From Thermomicrobiales bacterium (lineage in GTDB: Bacteria; Chloroflexota; Chloroflexia; Thermomicrobiales; UBA6265): a stretch of 64,000 nucleotides of DNA. The stretch spans positions 130,216 through 194,215 of the forward strand of contig JAXLWU010000003.1 in the NCBI GenBank assembly GCA_046328335.1. Direction: 5' to 3'. The notes under the pieces were generated by a model that was not told where the DNA came from, searched no databases, and saw nothing but the letters and a program-made list of their open reading frames with translations. The translations under genes were made by a program, and so were the position numbers. Positions 36,320-45,419 of the stretch are shown here, in pieces; positions within the stretch are counted from its first letter, which is position 1, and each line of letters starts with the position of its first letter.

Positions 36320-37765
36320 TCAACGATCCGCGCTCACGGCCCGCGACGATCGCCGCGAGGACTCCTGGTAACTGAGCCCGACCGCATCGGCGGCCTTCTC
36401 ACCTGAGGCGATAGCGTCGGGGATGCCGACGCCGTACAGGGCATTGCTGGCCAGGAACAGACCGGGCACAGTTCCAGCCAGTTCCTCGATCCGCTTTACT
36501 CGTTCGCGGTGTCCAAGAAGGTACTGGGGCATGCCACGCGGCCAGCGCTGGACGCGCAGGAGATCAGGGGGGGCACCAATGCCAAGACGAGTACCGAGTT
36601 CGTCTCTTGCGACGCGAACGAGAGCATGATCGTCTGCCGCGAGGATGTCATCCTGGCCGGTCCGACCGAGAAAGACGCGGATCAGTTCCCAGCCTTGCGG
36701 CGCCCGGTGCCGCCACTTCCGGGACGACCAGGTGCAGGCCAGGATCGGACCGCCCATGGCACGTGGAACGACATAACCGTGGGCATCGAGCGGATGCCTG
36801 AGGTGGTCGCCCCTGAACGCGAACGTGACGATGGCCGTCGAGGAATAGGGAATCGCACGGAGTTCGTTGGCAAGGGCTGAATCCAAGCCCGAAACGAGAT
36901 CTCCGGCGATAAACGCCGGGACCGCCAGGATGACTGCCGCGGTGCTGATGGTGGGGCCTCGCTCGAGTTCGAGTTCAAACGCACCGGGCGAACCCGTGAT
37001 CGACACGACTGGCGCGTCGGTCAATATCGTTACTCCGGCGAGAGAGAGTCGTTCGGTGAGGGCCTCGACGAGCTGGCTCAATCCCAGCTTCGGGGTGAGA
37101 AAGGCTGGTTTCGGCGCTTGGTCCGTCGCGGAGTGTTTCCGGTTGGCAAGTACGCCACGGATCAGGCTGCCGTGGGTTTGCTCGGCCAGGCGCAGCTGCG
37201 GGAATGTCGCCATCAGACTCAAGGCATCGCCATCGGCGGCGTAGATGCCGGCCATCAGCGGCTCGACAAGGCGTTCCCAGGCTTCCGCACCGAGTCGACG
37301 CCGGATGAAGCCGCCGAGCGGTTCGTCCTCGGATAGCTCCCGTGCCGGAATCAGGTAGTCCGCGGCGGCCCTGGCTTTGCCGATGGGCGAGAGCAACGAT
37401 GAGCGGGCCAGGGGCCCGAGGCGGGTGGGGACGAGCCCCGTCAGTCCTTCCGGAAGTTCGTGGAGTCGGTTCCGCCAGAGGACGTAGGCGCGGTGGCCAC
37501 GTGGGGTGACGGCAATCAGGTCGTCACGCAGCCCGACTTCTGCGGCGAGACCGATGCCGCGCGGCTTTGCGGCGAGAAAGGAATCGGGTCCGGATTCGAT
37601 GATGAATTCACCGATGTGTTCGGTGCTGATCTTGCCGCCAAGTCGAGAATTTGCTTCGACAAGCGTTATCAGGCGGCCATCGAGGTATCTGGTGAGCCGG
37701 TAGGCGGCGGCCAAGCCACTGATTCCGCCGCCGACAATAGTAACCCGCGGGTGATCCTGGTCCAT
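36320..37765 (-). CDS. hemY: Protoporphyrinogen/coproporphyrinogen III oxidase (HemY/CgoX type, FAD-dependent)
   Basis: ATG at 37765 gives MDQDHPRVTIVGGGISGLAAAYRL (FAD dinucleotide fold). Length 481 aa with overall HemY-like motifs (GKISTE, FLGR.G, LASNALYGVGIPD). The upstream part of the track ORF overlaps the SDR gene and is rejected. Confidence 0.8.
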   Translation of the reverse strand: MDQDHPRVTIVGGGISGLAAAYRLTRYLDGRLITLVEANSRLGGKISTEHIGEFIIESGPDSFLAAKPRGIGLAAEVGLRDDLIAVTPRGHRAYVLWRNRLHELPEGLTGLVPTRLGPLARSSLLSPIGKARAAADYLIPARELSEDEPLGGFIRRRLGAEAWERLVEPLMAGIYAADGDALSLMATFPQLRLAEQTHGSLIRGVLANRKHSATDQAPKPAFLTPKLGLSQLVEALTERLSLAGVTILTDAPVVSITGSPGAFELELERGPTISTAAVILAVPAFIAGDLVSGLDSALANELRAIPYSSTAIVTFAFRGDHLRHPLDAHGYVVPRAMGGPILACTWSSRKWRHRAPQGWELIRVFLGRTGQDDILAADDHALVRVARDELGTRLGIGAPPDLLRVQRWPRGMPQYLLGHRERVKRIEELAGTVPGLFLASNALYGVGIPDAIASGEKAADAVGLSYQESSRRSSRAVSADR

Positions 37766-37773
37766 GCCAACGC

Positions 37774-38574
37774 TCAAACGGCGGTCCATCCCCCGTCGAT
37801 CGTCATGGCCGAGCCGGTGATCATGGCCGCCTGCGGACTCGCCAGAAACACGATCGCGGCGGCCACTTCTTCCGGGGTGGCGAGGCGGCCGGTGGGAGTC
37901 CGATCCAGGATGTCGGTCTTGATCGCCACATTCTCGAACATCACCTTCGTCAGCGGCGTCTCGACAAAGGTGGGACAGACGGCGTTGACCCTGATCGCAT
38001 GGGGCGCCCACTCGATGGCGAGAACTCGGGAGAGATTGACGACGCCTGCTTTCGATGAACAGTAGGCGGCCCGGTCGAAGTAGCCGATGAGGCCCATGAT
38101 CGAGGCGACGTTGATGATGCTCCCGCCGCTAGGGGTTGCGTCTCGCATCACCCGGCCTGCTGCCTGCGCCATGAAGAACAGACCCTTGAGATTGGTGTCG
38201 AGCACAAGGTCCCAGGCATCTTCCGTGACGTCAAACGCCGGCTGCCGGACGTTGAGACCCGCGTTGTTGACCAGGATGTCGAGTTGGCCCGATCCAAATT
38301 CGACGGCCGATGCGACGGCGTTCGAGATCTGCGGGAGTTGACGGACATCCAGGGGGATAGCGATGGCGGACCCACCGGCGGCTTCGATGCGAGCAACGGT
38401 ATCTGCGGCGCGATCGAGACGATCGGCCAACTCCGTCACCACGATCCGGGCCCCGCTCTCAGCCAGAGCCAGTGCTGTGGCCTGGCCGATGCCGGATCCG
38501 GCCCCAGTAACTAGTGCCGTCCGGCCGATCAATCCAGGACTGTAATTCGCGGGACGATTGACAGAGGTCTCCAT
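37774..38574 (-). CDS. SDR family oxidoreductase
   Basis: ATG at 38574 gives METSVNR..ALVTGAGSGIGQA (TGxxxGxG), NNAG, and the YCSSK catalytic motif. 266 aa. Confidence 0.85.
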   Translation of the reverse strand: METSVNRPANYSPGLIGRTALVTGAGSGIGQATALALAESGARIVVTELADRLDRAADTVARIEAAGGSAIAIPLDVRQLPQISNAVASAVEFGSGQLDILVNNAGLNVRQPAFDVTEDAWDLVLDTNLKGLFFMAQAAGRVMRDATPSGGSIINVASIMGLIGYFDRAAYCSSKAGVVNLSRVLAIEWAPHAIRVNAVCPTFVETPLTKVMFENVAIKTDILDRTPTGRLATPEEVAAAIVFLASPQAAMITGSAMTIDGGWTAV

Positions 38575-38670
38575 GCCGCTAAGGATAGTCGCAGACGTGG
38601 ACGCGAGGAACGCGTCAAGGCGTGGGAGCGACTGGCGCCGGCCCGCGATTGCCTTGCCGCTGGAGGAACG

Positions 38671-39534
38671 ATGAGTCACAGACTGCGGTTCGGGGTCGTG
38701 CGAAATCAGAACTTGCCGTGGGACACGTTGATCCAGCACTGGCGAGTCTTCGAGGATCTCGAGTTCGATTCGATCTGGCACGCGGACCACTACCAGCGGC
38801 CAAGCGTGCCGGATTTGCCATTCCTCGAAGGGTGGACCTTGCTGGCCGCGCTGGCCCTGAAAACAACAAAACCGCGCATTGGCATTCTCGTCAGTTCCAA
38901 CACCTTCCGCCATCCGCCGCTGCTGGCCAAGCAGGCGGTGACGGTCGATCACATCTCCGGGGGAAGACTGGAGTTCGGCCTCGGCACCGGCTGGTTCAAG
39001 GGAGAACACGAACGATTCGGTGTGCCGTTTCCGGACGCGCCAGAACTGGTTGACCGCTTCGCGGAAGCGGTGGAACTGATCGCCACCCTGTTCCGGAACG
39101 ATCGCGTCACCTGGGAAGGGGAGTACTATCAGGTTCGCGATGCGCCATTTCGCCCGGCGCCGCTGCAGGAGCGGGTCCCGATCACGCTCGGCGCCCATGG
39201 TCCCCGCATGTTGCGGATCGTGGCTCGCTTCGCCGACCGCTGGAACTCGTACGGAACAACCGCCGAGGTCAAAGAACGCAACGTGCGACTCGACGAGGCG
39301 TGCATCGCGATCGGGCGCGATCCTGGCGAAATCATCCGCTCGCTCTACGGCTGGACGATCCCGATGGGCGCCGATCCCTGGTCTTCACCCGATGCCTTCG
39401 CCGATGTCGTGGGCCGCTATCGGGAAGCAGGGATGAGCGAGTTCCTGATGGAAGCCCCGCATGAAGCGCAGTTTCCGGTGATGGAGCAGATCGCGGCAGA
39501 CGTGCTGCCGCGTCTGAGAGCGCAATCAACATGA
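38671..39534 (+). CDS. LLM-class (luciferase-like) flavin/F420-dependent oxidoreductase
   Basis: 287 aa. FGVV..FDSIWHADHY..LEFGLGTGW.. are luciferase-like monooxygenase motifs. GGAGG RBS. Confidence 0.8.
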   Translation: MSHRLRFGVVRNQNLPWDTLIQHWRVFEDLEFDSIWHADHYQRPSVPDLPFLEGWTLLAALALKTTKPRIGILVSSNTFRHPPLLAKQAVTVDHISGGRLEFGLGTGWFKGEHERFGVPFPDAPELVDRFAEAVELIATLFRNDRVTWEGEYYQVRDAPFRPAPLQERVPITLGAHGPRMLRIVARFADRWNSYGTTAEVKERNVRLDEACIAIGRDPGEIIRSLYGWTIPMGADPWSSPDAFADVVGRYREAGMSEFLMEAPHEAQFPVMEQIAADVLPRLRAQST

Positions 39535-39676
39535 TCGTTCACACCGGTGCCGCACCTGCGCGGCCGGCTGCGTACCGTTCGGAATCACCTCCATGAGAGA
39601 GGTCTTTCAGAGATGCAATCCGCGATCTCACCCCATTCACCTCAACCAAATGGGATTGGCTATTCGGAATCCGGCG

Positions 39677-39705
39677 TTGACCCCGCCCACATGCTGTGCT
39701 ACGTT
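39677..39705 (+). promoter_or_regulatory. Candidate promoter in the long gap upstream of the sugar ABC operon
   Basis: TTGACC, 17 nt, TACGTT. Confidence 0.3.
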
Positions 39706-39763
39706 CGGCCCCACGCAACCGGGATCGAAGTTTGTGCACGCGGTGCAGGCAGTCAACGTAGCG

Positions 39764-39795
39764 ACGGAGCCACGTTCTTGCGGCGCCGTTTTATT
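39764..39795 (+). terminator. Terminator-like hairpin with U-tract inside the ABC-operon leader (attenuator or sRNA 3' end)
   Basis: ACGGAGCC-ACGTTCTTGC-GGCGCCGT followed by TTTTATT. It lies 230 nt after the upstream stop and 165 nt before the SBP start. Confidence 0.4.
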
Positions 39796-39959
39796 CGTGA
39801 GCCCGGTCAACGGCAGGCGGCAGGCCTGAACAATCCATTTCCATCGGTCCTGATCCCGGAGTGCGGGCTGGCAACGGCGCGGCAACCGGGCATGGCAACA
39901 GGGACGCCGGCGGTGGTCGCCGGCAAGGACGTCGTCGAGTCCAGGTGGAGGTTGCAGCG

Positions 39960-41087
39960 ATGGAAGAAATCGTGGAGCGCGGTCCGCTCGCCGGGCTGGA
40001 GCTGGAATTCGTTGGCGACCGGCTGAAGAAGGGTTTCCGCCGTCGCGATACGTTCAAGGGCAGTTTTGCGATGCTCGGCGCCCTCGCGGTCGCCACGGGC
40101 GTCGGCCGCGGCACGACCGCGGCACAGGGGTTGGCGTCGCTCGGGTTGCTCCCTGAGGATCTGCCGGCGAAAAAGTACACCGCCGCGACTTCGGAAGTCG
40201 GCGCCGGTTCGACGTGGGTTTCCCATGGCATGGAAGTCGCCAAGTTCTTCGGCGACCTCCTCGGCGTCGACGTCACCTCCTTCGATGGTGAGTTCAGCGT
40301 CGAGAAGCAACTACAGGACCTGCAGACGATCGCGTCGCAGGACTTCGATTACGTGGCCGTTCATCCATCGGCCAGCGATGCCCTGATCGACGCGGCGAAC
40401 CAGATCATCGCCAAGGGGGTGCCGCTGATCGACATGGACACGCGGCTCGTTCAGGACCCGGAGAAATTCGCGAGCTTTGGTCACCTGACGTTCTTCGAGC
40501 CGGACAATATTTACATGGGTTCGACTGTCGCCGAAGAACTCTTCAAGGCCATGAACTACGAAGGGCAGGTCATCCACACCCAGGGCCAGTTGGCGCACAC
40601 CGGGGCGCAGGGTCGCGCTCAGGGTTTCCACGAAACCGTTGCCAAGTATCCGAAGATCGAAGTCGTTGACGAGACTCCGGGCGACTGGAAGATCGATCAG
40701 GTCGCCACGCTCTGGCAGGACCTGCTGCAGCGCTTCCCGGACGTCAAGGGCGGTTTCTTCCACTCGGACGACATGGCGCTTGCGGCGCAAAGCGTCATCG
40801 AGGCCGCGGGCAAGCAGGATCAGATCAAGATCGTCGGTGTTGATGGCTTGCGCAACGCGAGCGAGGCCATTCTGCAGGACAAGATGCTTGCTTCGGTGAT
40901 CAACCCGAGCGGGCGCATCCATGGCGGCGCCATTTGGGCAGGCTATTTCACGGTCTCCGGCACTGACAACTACAAGGGGTACGAGGGAGACTCGACCATT
41001 CCGAAGTTCATCCGCACCGATGGTGGACCGATCACGAAGCAGAATGCCCTCGGGTACATCTGGTTGCACGACAACATGCAGTACTAG
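39960..41087 (+). CDS. Sugar ABC transporter substrate-binding protein (RbsB/LacI-type PBP) with Tat-like signal
   Basis: ATG at 39960 with a GGTGGAGG RBS. FRRRDTFKGSFAMLGALAVATGVG is the signal. The periplasmic-binding-protein type I pattern is present (IDMDTR, VIHTQGQLAHTGAQGR, VGVDG). Confidence 0.8.
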   Translation: MEEIVERGPLAGLELEFVGDRLKKGFRRRDTFKGSFAMLGALAVATGVGRGTTAAQGLASLGLLPEDLPAKKYTAATSEVGAGSTWVSHGMEVAKFFGDLLGVDVTSFDGEFSVEKQLQDLQTIASQDFDYVAVHPSASDALIDAANQIIAKGVPLIDMDTRLVQDPEKFASFGHLTFFEPDNIYMGSTVAEELFKAMNYEGQVIHTQGQLAHTGAQGRAQGFHETVAKYPKIEVVDETPGDWKIDQVATLWQDLLQRFPDVKGGFFHSDDMALAAQSVIEAAGKQDQIKIVGVDGLRNASEAILQDKMLASVINPSGRIHGGAIWAGYFTVSGTDNYKGYEGDSTIPKFIRTDGGPITKQNALGYIWLHDNMQY

Positions 41088-41129
41088 GAGACGATGTCGC
41101 GTCGGGTGACGGGGTGAGGGCTTGCGTTC

Positions 41130-42686
41130 ATGGCTGTGCCACAGACCAGTGATACCGGTGCTTTTCCCGCGCCCGGCGTACCCGAAGCGGACCCCGCGCA
41201 GCCGATTCTCGAATTGCGTGGAGTCACCAAGCGATTTGGCGGCGCCACCGCGCTCGACAACGTCAATTTCACGCTCTACCCAGGCGAGATCCACGGACTC
41301 GTGGGGGAAAACGGGGCGGGCAAGAGTACGTTGATGAAAATCCTCTCCGGCGTGCATACGCCGGATGAGGGGGAGATCGTGCTGCGAGGCGAGGCGGTGC
41401 AGTTCTCGTCGCCCGCTGAAGCCAAGGCGCGCGGCGTCGGCATGATCTATCAGGAGTTGTCCTGCATGCCGGCGCTCAGCGTGGCCGAGAACGTCTTTCT
41501 CGGCCGCCAGCCGACATCGTCCACCGGATTGATCGACTGGAAGCGGATGCGACGGGAGGCGGCGGAGCACCTCGCTTCGCTCGGGTTCGATGTCGATGTC
41601 AGCAACCGGCTGGGGTCGATGTCGCTCGGCGCCCAGCAACTGGTCGAGATCGCGCGTGTCGTCTTTTCCGGGGCGTCGATCATCGTTCTCGATGAGCCGA
41701 CGTCAGCGCTCTCCGCGCCGGAGGCGAAACGGCTCTTTGCCGCGATGGCGGAACTGAAATCCCGCGGCGCAAGCCTCGTCTTCATCTCTCACTTTCTGGA
41801 GGATGTGCTCGCCGTCTCCGATCGCGTGACGGTGTTGAAGAACTCACGGAACGTGGCAACGCTGCCAAACCGCGGGCTGACCAAACATCAGCTGATCCAG
41901 TTGATGATCGGCCGGGACGCGGATACCCTGGCGGAGAGTTACGAGGGAGGGGTGATGCTGCCGCGGGCATCGACCAACCCCGTCGTGCTCGAGGTCGAGA
42001 ACCTGTCGCTCGCGGGCGAGTTCGAGAACGTCTCGTTTGCGGCGCGCTCCGGGGAGATTCTCGGCGTGTTCGGGAATCTCGGCGCGGGGATGACCGAGGT
42101 GGCACGGGTGATTTTCGGGCGCATGCGTCCGACCTCTGGCACGATCGCCCTCGATGGCAAGAGCATCGCACCGAAGACGACACAAGAGGCGAAGAAGTTG
42201 GGCATCGCCTATCTCTCGGAGAACCGGCGCGCCACCATCTTTCCCCGACATGAGATCTACAAGAACATCACGCTCGCGCACCTCGATGACATCGTTGGCG
42301 GGATTGTGCGGAAGCCGCGCGAGGTCAGGATTGCGGATGACCTGGTCAAACGGACCGGGGTCCGTCCGCCCCGGCCGGAATTGGCCGCTGGAAATCTGAG
42401 CGGAGGAAACCAGCAGAAAGTCGTCCTCGCCAAATGGCTCACGGTGCAGCCGAAGGTGCTCATTCTCAACGAACCGACCCGAGGCATGGACGTGGGAGCC
42501 AAGCGTGAGGTGCTCGACCTGATCAAGGCGCTCAAGGCGGAAGGGGTCGCCATCATCCTGATCTCGACTGAGCCGGAAACCGTCCTTGCCGAATCAGACC
42601 GGATCTTGGTCATGGCGAAAGGGCACGTCGCCAGGGAACTTAGCGGCGAGCAGGTCACCAAGGATCTGCTCATGAGTTACGCCTAG
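41130..42686 (+). CDS. Sugar ABC transporter ATP-binding protein (duplicated ABC domains, RbsA/MglA-like)
   Basis: 518 aa. Walker A GENGAGKST, signatures LSLGAQQ and LSGGNQQK, Walker B IIVLDEPT / ILNEPTRG. Confidence 0.9.
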   Translation: MAVPQTSDTGAFPAPGVPEADPAQPILELRGVTKRFGGATALDNVNFTLYPGEIHGLVGENGAGKSTLMKILSGVHTPDEGEIVLRGEAVQFSSPAEAKARGVGMIYQELSCMPALSVAENVFLGRQPTSSTGLIDWKRMRREAAEHLASLGFDVDVSNRLGSMSLGAQQLVEIARVVFSGASIIVLDEPTSALSAPEAKRLFAAMAELKSRGASLVFISHFLEDVLAVSDRVTVLKNSRNVATLPNRGLTKHQLIQLMIGRDADTLAESYEGGVMLPRASTNPVVLEVENLSLAGEFENVSFAARSGEILGVFGNLGAGMTEVARVIFGRMRPTSGTIALDGKSIAPKTTQEAKKLGIAYLSENRRATIFPRHEIYKNITLAHLDDIVGGIVRKPREVRIADDLVKRTGVRPPRPELAAGNLSGGNQQKVVLAKWLTVQPKVLILNEPTRGMDVGAKREVLDLIKALKAEGVAIILISTEPETVLAESDRILVMAKGHVARELSGEQVTKDLLMSYA

Positions 42687-42703
42687 GGAAGAAGGACAAG
42701 GGG

Positions 42704-43747
42704 ATGGTGGGAGAGGTACCGCGGGTGGAGAGCGGTCCCGGCGGTGAAGCGCGGCGTCCGCAAGGGCAGGCGGCACTCGGCTGGGCCAGCCGCAATGCCC
42801 GGTTGCTGGCGCCGTTGCTGACGCTGGTCGTCATGGTGATCTTTTTCAGCGTTGTCACCGATGTCTTTCTGACCACCCAGAATCTGCAGAACATCGTGAC
42901 CCAGATCGCGCCGATCGCCGTGGCGGCGACTGGGGTCACCTTCGTCTTGCTTTGCGCCGAGATCGACCTCAGCATCGCGTCCGTGGCGACCCTGACGGGG
43001 GTGCTCGCGGCATGGTTCTGGGTCGGCGAGGTCGTATCGCTTGGAAATTGGGGCATTCCAGCGGCGCTGATCGTGGCGCTGCTCATCGGCCTCCTAAACG
43101 GGGTGATGGTCGCCTATGTGGGAATCCCGTCATTCATGATGACCCTCGCCATGTTGACGATCGCCCGCGGAATGTCAGTGTTCGTCAGCAGTGGAAAGCC
43201 GATCTTCGACGTGCCGCCGGTGCTTAAGCAACTCGGCAGCGTCAGCAGCCAGGTGCTCGGCATTCCAGTCATTGGGCTGTTCGCGCTCGCCGTGTTGATC
43301 GTTGGCGACTTCATTCTGTCCTTCACGAAATTCGGACGCTACGTCTACATGACCGGCGCCAATCGCGAGGCGGCGGAGATGTCCGGAGTCAATACCCGAC
43401 ACGTGGTGATGATGACCATGGTCATCTCCGCGTTCACCGCTGGTCTAACGGGTCTTCTCTATATCGGCCGCCTCAGCAGCGCCAACCCCTCAGCGGGAGA
43501 AGACATCCTGATCAGCACCATTGCGGCGGTCGTGCTTGGGGGAACCTCGCTTTTCGGCGGCGAGGGCGGCATGCGGAATACCGTTCTCGGTCTCCTGATT
43601 TTTGGTGTTCTGTCGAACGGGTTGAACCTCTTGCCAAATATCCCGATTACGTTCAAGCAGGCACTGCAGGGGATCGTGTTGCTGGCCGCGCTGTTGCTCA
43701 ACGTCTTCGCGCTGCGCATCGAGCGGGTGCAAACGAAAAACGAGTAA
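42704..43747 (+). CDS. Sugar ABC transporter permease (RbsC/branched-chain type)
   Basis: 347 aa, multi-TM. AVVLGGTSLFGGEGG is a motif typical of RbsC-family permeases. Confidence 0.85.
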   Translation: MVGEVPRVESGPGGEARRPQGQAALGWASRNARLLAPLLTLVVMVIFFSVVTDVFLTTQNLQNIVTQIAPIAVAATGVTFVLLCAEIDLSIASVATLTGVLAAWFWVGEVVSLGNWGIPAALIVALLIGLLNGVMVAYVGIPSFMMTLAMLTIARGMSVFVSSGKPIFDVPPVLKQLGSVSSQVLGIPVIGLFALAVLIVGDFILSFTKFGRYVYMTGANREAAEMSGVNTRHVVMMTMVISAFTAGLTGLLYIGRLSSANPSAGEDILISTIAAVVLGGTSLFGGEGGMRNTVLGLLIFGVLSNGLNLLPNIPITFKQALQGIVLLAALLLNVFALRIERVQTKNE

Positions 43748-43756
43748 CTATAACGC

Positions 43757-44131
43757 TCAACGCGAGATGATCCGGCCCAATCCCAAGCCAATGCCGCAAG
43801 CCACCAAGCCAAACAACAGGCTGCCCCCGACGTAGAGCAGGGCGGATTCCCAGCGGCGCGCTTCGAGCAAGGCCAACGCCTCGAAGGAAAACGAACTGAA
43901 CGTGGTGAACCCGCCGAGGAACCCGGTCACCAGGAGCAAGCGGTAGGCCGGATCGGCCTGCCTGGCAGCGAGAACCGCCATGAGCAAGCCGATGATGAGC
44001 GATCCGACGAGGTTGACGGTGAGCGTTCCCCAGGGAAACGACCAACCGAAGCGATTCCCGGCCCACTGGGAGACGCCGTAACGGCTCGCCGCACCGGCCG
44101 CGCCGCCAATCGCCACCCAGATGAACTCCAT
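43757..44131 (-). CDS. crcB: Fluoride ion channel CrcB/FluC
   Basis: ATG at 44131 gives MEFIWVAIGGAAGAASRYGV..WGTLTVNLVGSLIIG..FLGGFTTFSSFS (canonical CrcB motifs). 124 aa. Confidence 0.85.
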   Translation of the reverse strand: MEFIWVAIGGAAGAASRYGVSQWAGNRFGWSFPWGTLTVNLVGSLIIGLLMAVLAARQADPAYRLLLVTGFLGGFTTFSSFSFEALALLEARRWESALLYVGGSLLFGLVACGIGLGLGRIISR

Positions 44132-44361
44132 GCCGCGCTCCGCCGTTTCTCGCCAGTCCGTTCGCGCGGCGACCTTAGCGGACGTTGAAGGCCACGTCAA
44201 TCGGTTGCGCTTCAAAAATTTCATACAAATGAGTGATACCGTTCGACATTCGCAGGTTTTACAATTTTCGACAATGACTGGCGAATTGGGTAGGTGGACC
44301 AACTGATAACAGCTTGGAAGCCCACTGAGTCAGGTCTTGATTGGTATGAGGAGTAGTGCTG

Positions 44362-45096
44362 ATGACACGGGTGTTGGTTGTCGAGGATTCACCGGAGATC
44401 GCCCGATTGGTGCAACGGAGTCTTCTCCTCGAAGGGTACGAGGTCGATGTCGCCGGTGACGGCCGAGGCGCGCTGTCCGTCGTGCGCGATACGCCGCCGG
44501 ACATGATTGTGCTTGATCTGATGCTTCCCGATATTGATGGGATGGAAATTTGCCGCCGCGTGCGGGCGATGGAAGCCGCGTATGGACAGGCGCCGATTCC
44601 GATTCTGATGCTCACCGCGCTCGATTCCGTGCCGGACCGCGTAGCGGGACTCGACGCCGGCGCCGATGACTATGTGCCCAAGCCGTTCGCGATTACGGAG
44701 TTGATGGCGCGGGTGCGGTCGCTGATGCGCCGTTCGCGAGCGCCGGAAGTCCGGCCACGGCAGAAGGATGTGCTGACCTACGAGGATCTCACCCTCGATC
44801 CAAGCGCGCGCACCGTGTTTCGCGGGGACCGCGAGATTTTCCTCACGGCAAAACAGTTCGATCTGCTGGCCGTGCTTATGGAACACCCCAACCAGGTAAT
44901 GTCCTATGACACCGTGATGCAGCGAGTCTGGGGCGGCCAGTTCCGAGGCGAATCAAATGTTCTGGCCGTTACCGTTTCGACCGTACGCAAGGCACTCGAA
45001 GAAGGCGGTGAGCCGCGCCTGATTCAGACCGTGCGCGGGGTTGGTTACGTGATGCGCCCTGCCAAGGGTCGAAAATCGGCCGACGTGGCGGCCTAA
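44362..45096 (+). CDS. OmpR/PhoB-family response regulator (no cognate kinase in window)
   Basis: RVLVVEDSPEI..MIVLDLMLPDIDG (receiver domain) plus a winged-helix C-terminus (LTAKQFDLLAVLMEHPNQV..IQTVRGVGYVM). ATG at 44362 lies 7 nt after GAGGAG. Confidence 0.9.
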   Translation: MTRVLVVEDSPEIARLVQRSLLLEGYEVDVAGDGRGALSVVRDTPPDMIVLDLMLPDIDGMEICRRVRAMEAAYGQAPIPILMLTALDSVPDRVAGLDAGADDYVPKPFAITELMARVRSLMRRSRAPEVRPRQKDVLTYEDLTLDPSARTVFRGDREIFLTAKQFDLLAVLMEHPNQVMSYDTVMQRVWGGQFRGESNVLAVTVSTVRKALEEGGEPRLIQTVRGVGYVMRPAKGRKSADVAA

Positions 45097-45115
45097 CCTC
45101 GCCGGCATCTGTTGC

Positions 45116-45158
45116 AGGAAACCCGGGCAGGTGATCCTGCCCGGGTTTCCTGTTTTTC
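45116..45158 (+). terminator. Canonical Rho-independent terminator
   Basis: AGGAAACCCGGGCAG-GTGATC-CTGCCCGGGTTTCCT (15-bp perfect stem) followed by GTTTTT, 20 nt after the response-regulator stop. Confidence 0.85.
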
Positions 45159-45283
45159 AGAGTGGTCAATACAGGTTCTATGGGTTGACGTTCCGGGCCG
45201 TTCGCGTTGTACGGCAGGTTGCTTCATCCAGCCCTTCGCGCAGCAGGCGATACTACAGCAGCGAGCAAAACTCGTGTCATAGC

Positions 45284-45358
45284 GAGCCGCCGCGGGGACA
45301 GTCGGCCTTTTACTACGGCGGACCACGCCGAGGGCCTTCGTTCCTCGGGACGACACAT
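45284..45358 (+). repeat. Repeat family A copy (A4)
   Basis: GAGCCGCCGCGGGGACAGTCGGCCTTTTACTACGGCGGACCACGCCGAGGGCCTTCGTTCCTCGGGACGACACAT. Confidence 0.65.
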
Positions 45359-45419
45359 CGTTTGCCCGTCGCTGTGGTAGGCGAGGAACCGAGCATAACC
45401 AATCGGGGAAGGGAGAAGT

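Noticed and set aside
44132-44361. Expected a fluoride (crcB-motif) riboswitch upstream of crcB.
   Set aside because: I read the minus-strand leader. I could not find the conserved GAUGG...AACCGCC...CUGAUGAU elements or the pseudoknot arrangement. The region looks like an AT-rich divergent promoter instead. An Infernal scan with RF01734 would settle it.
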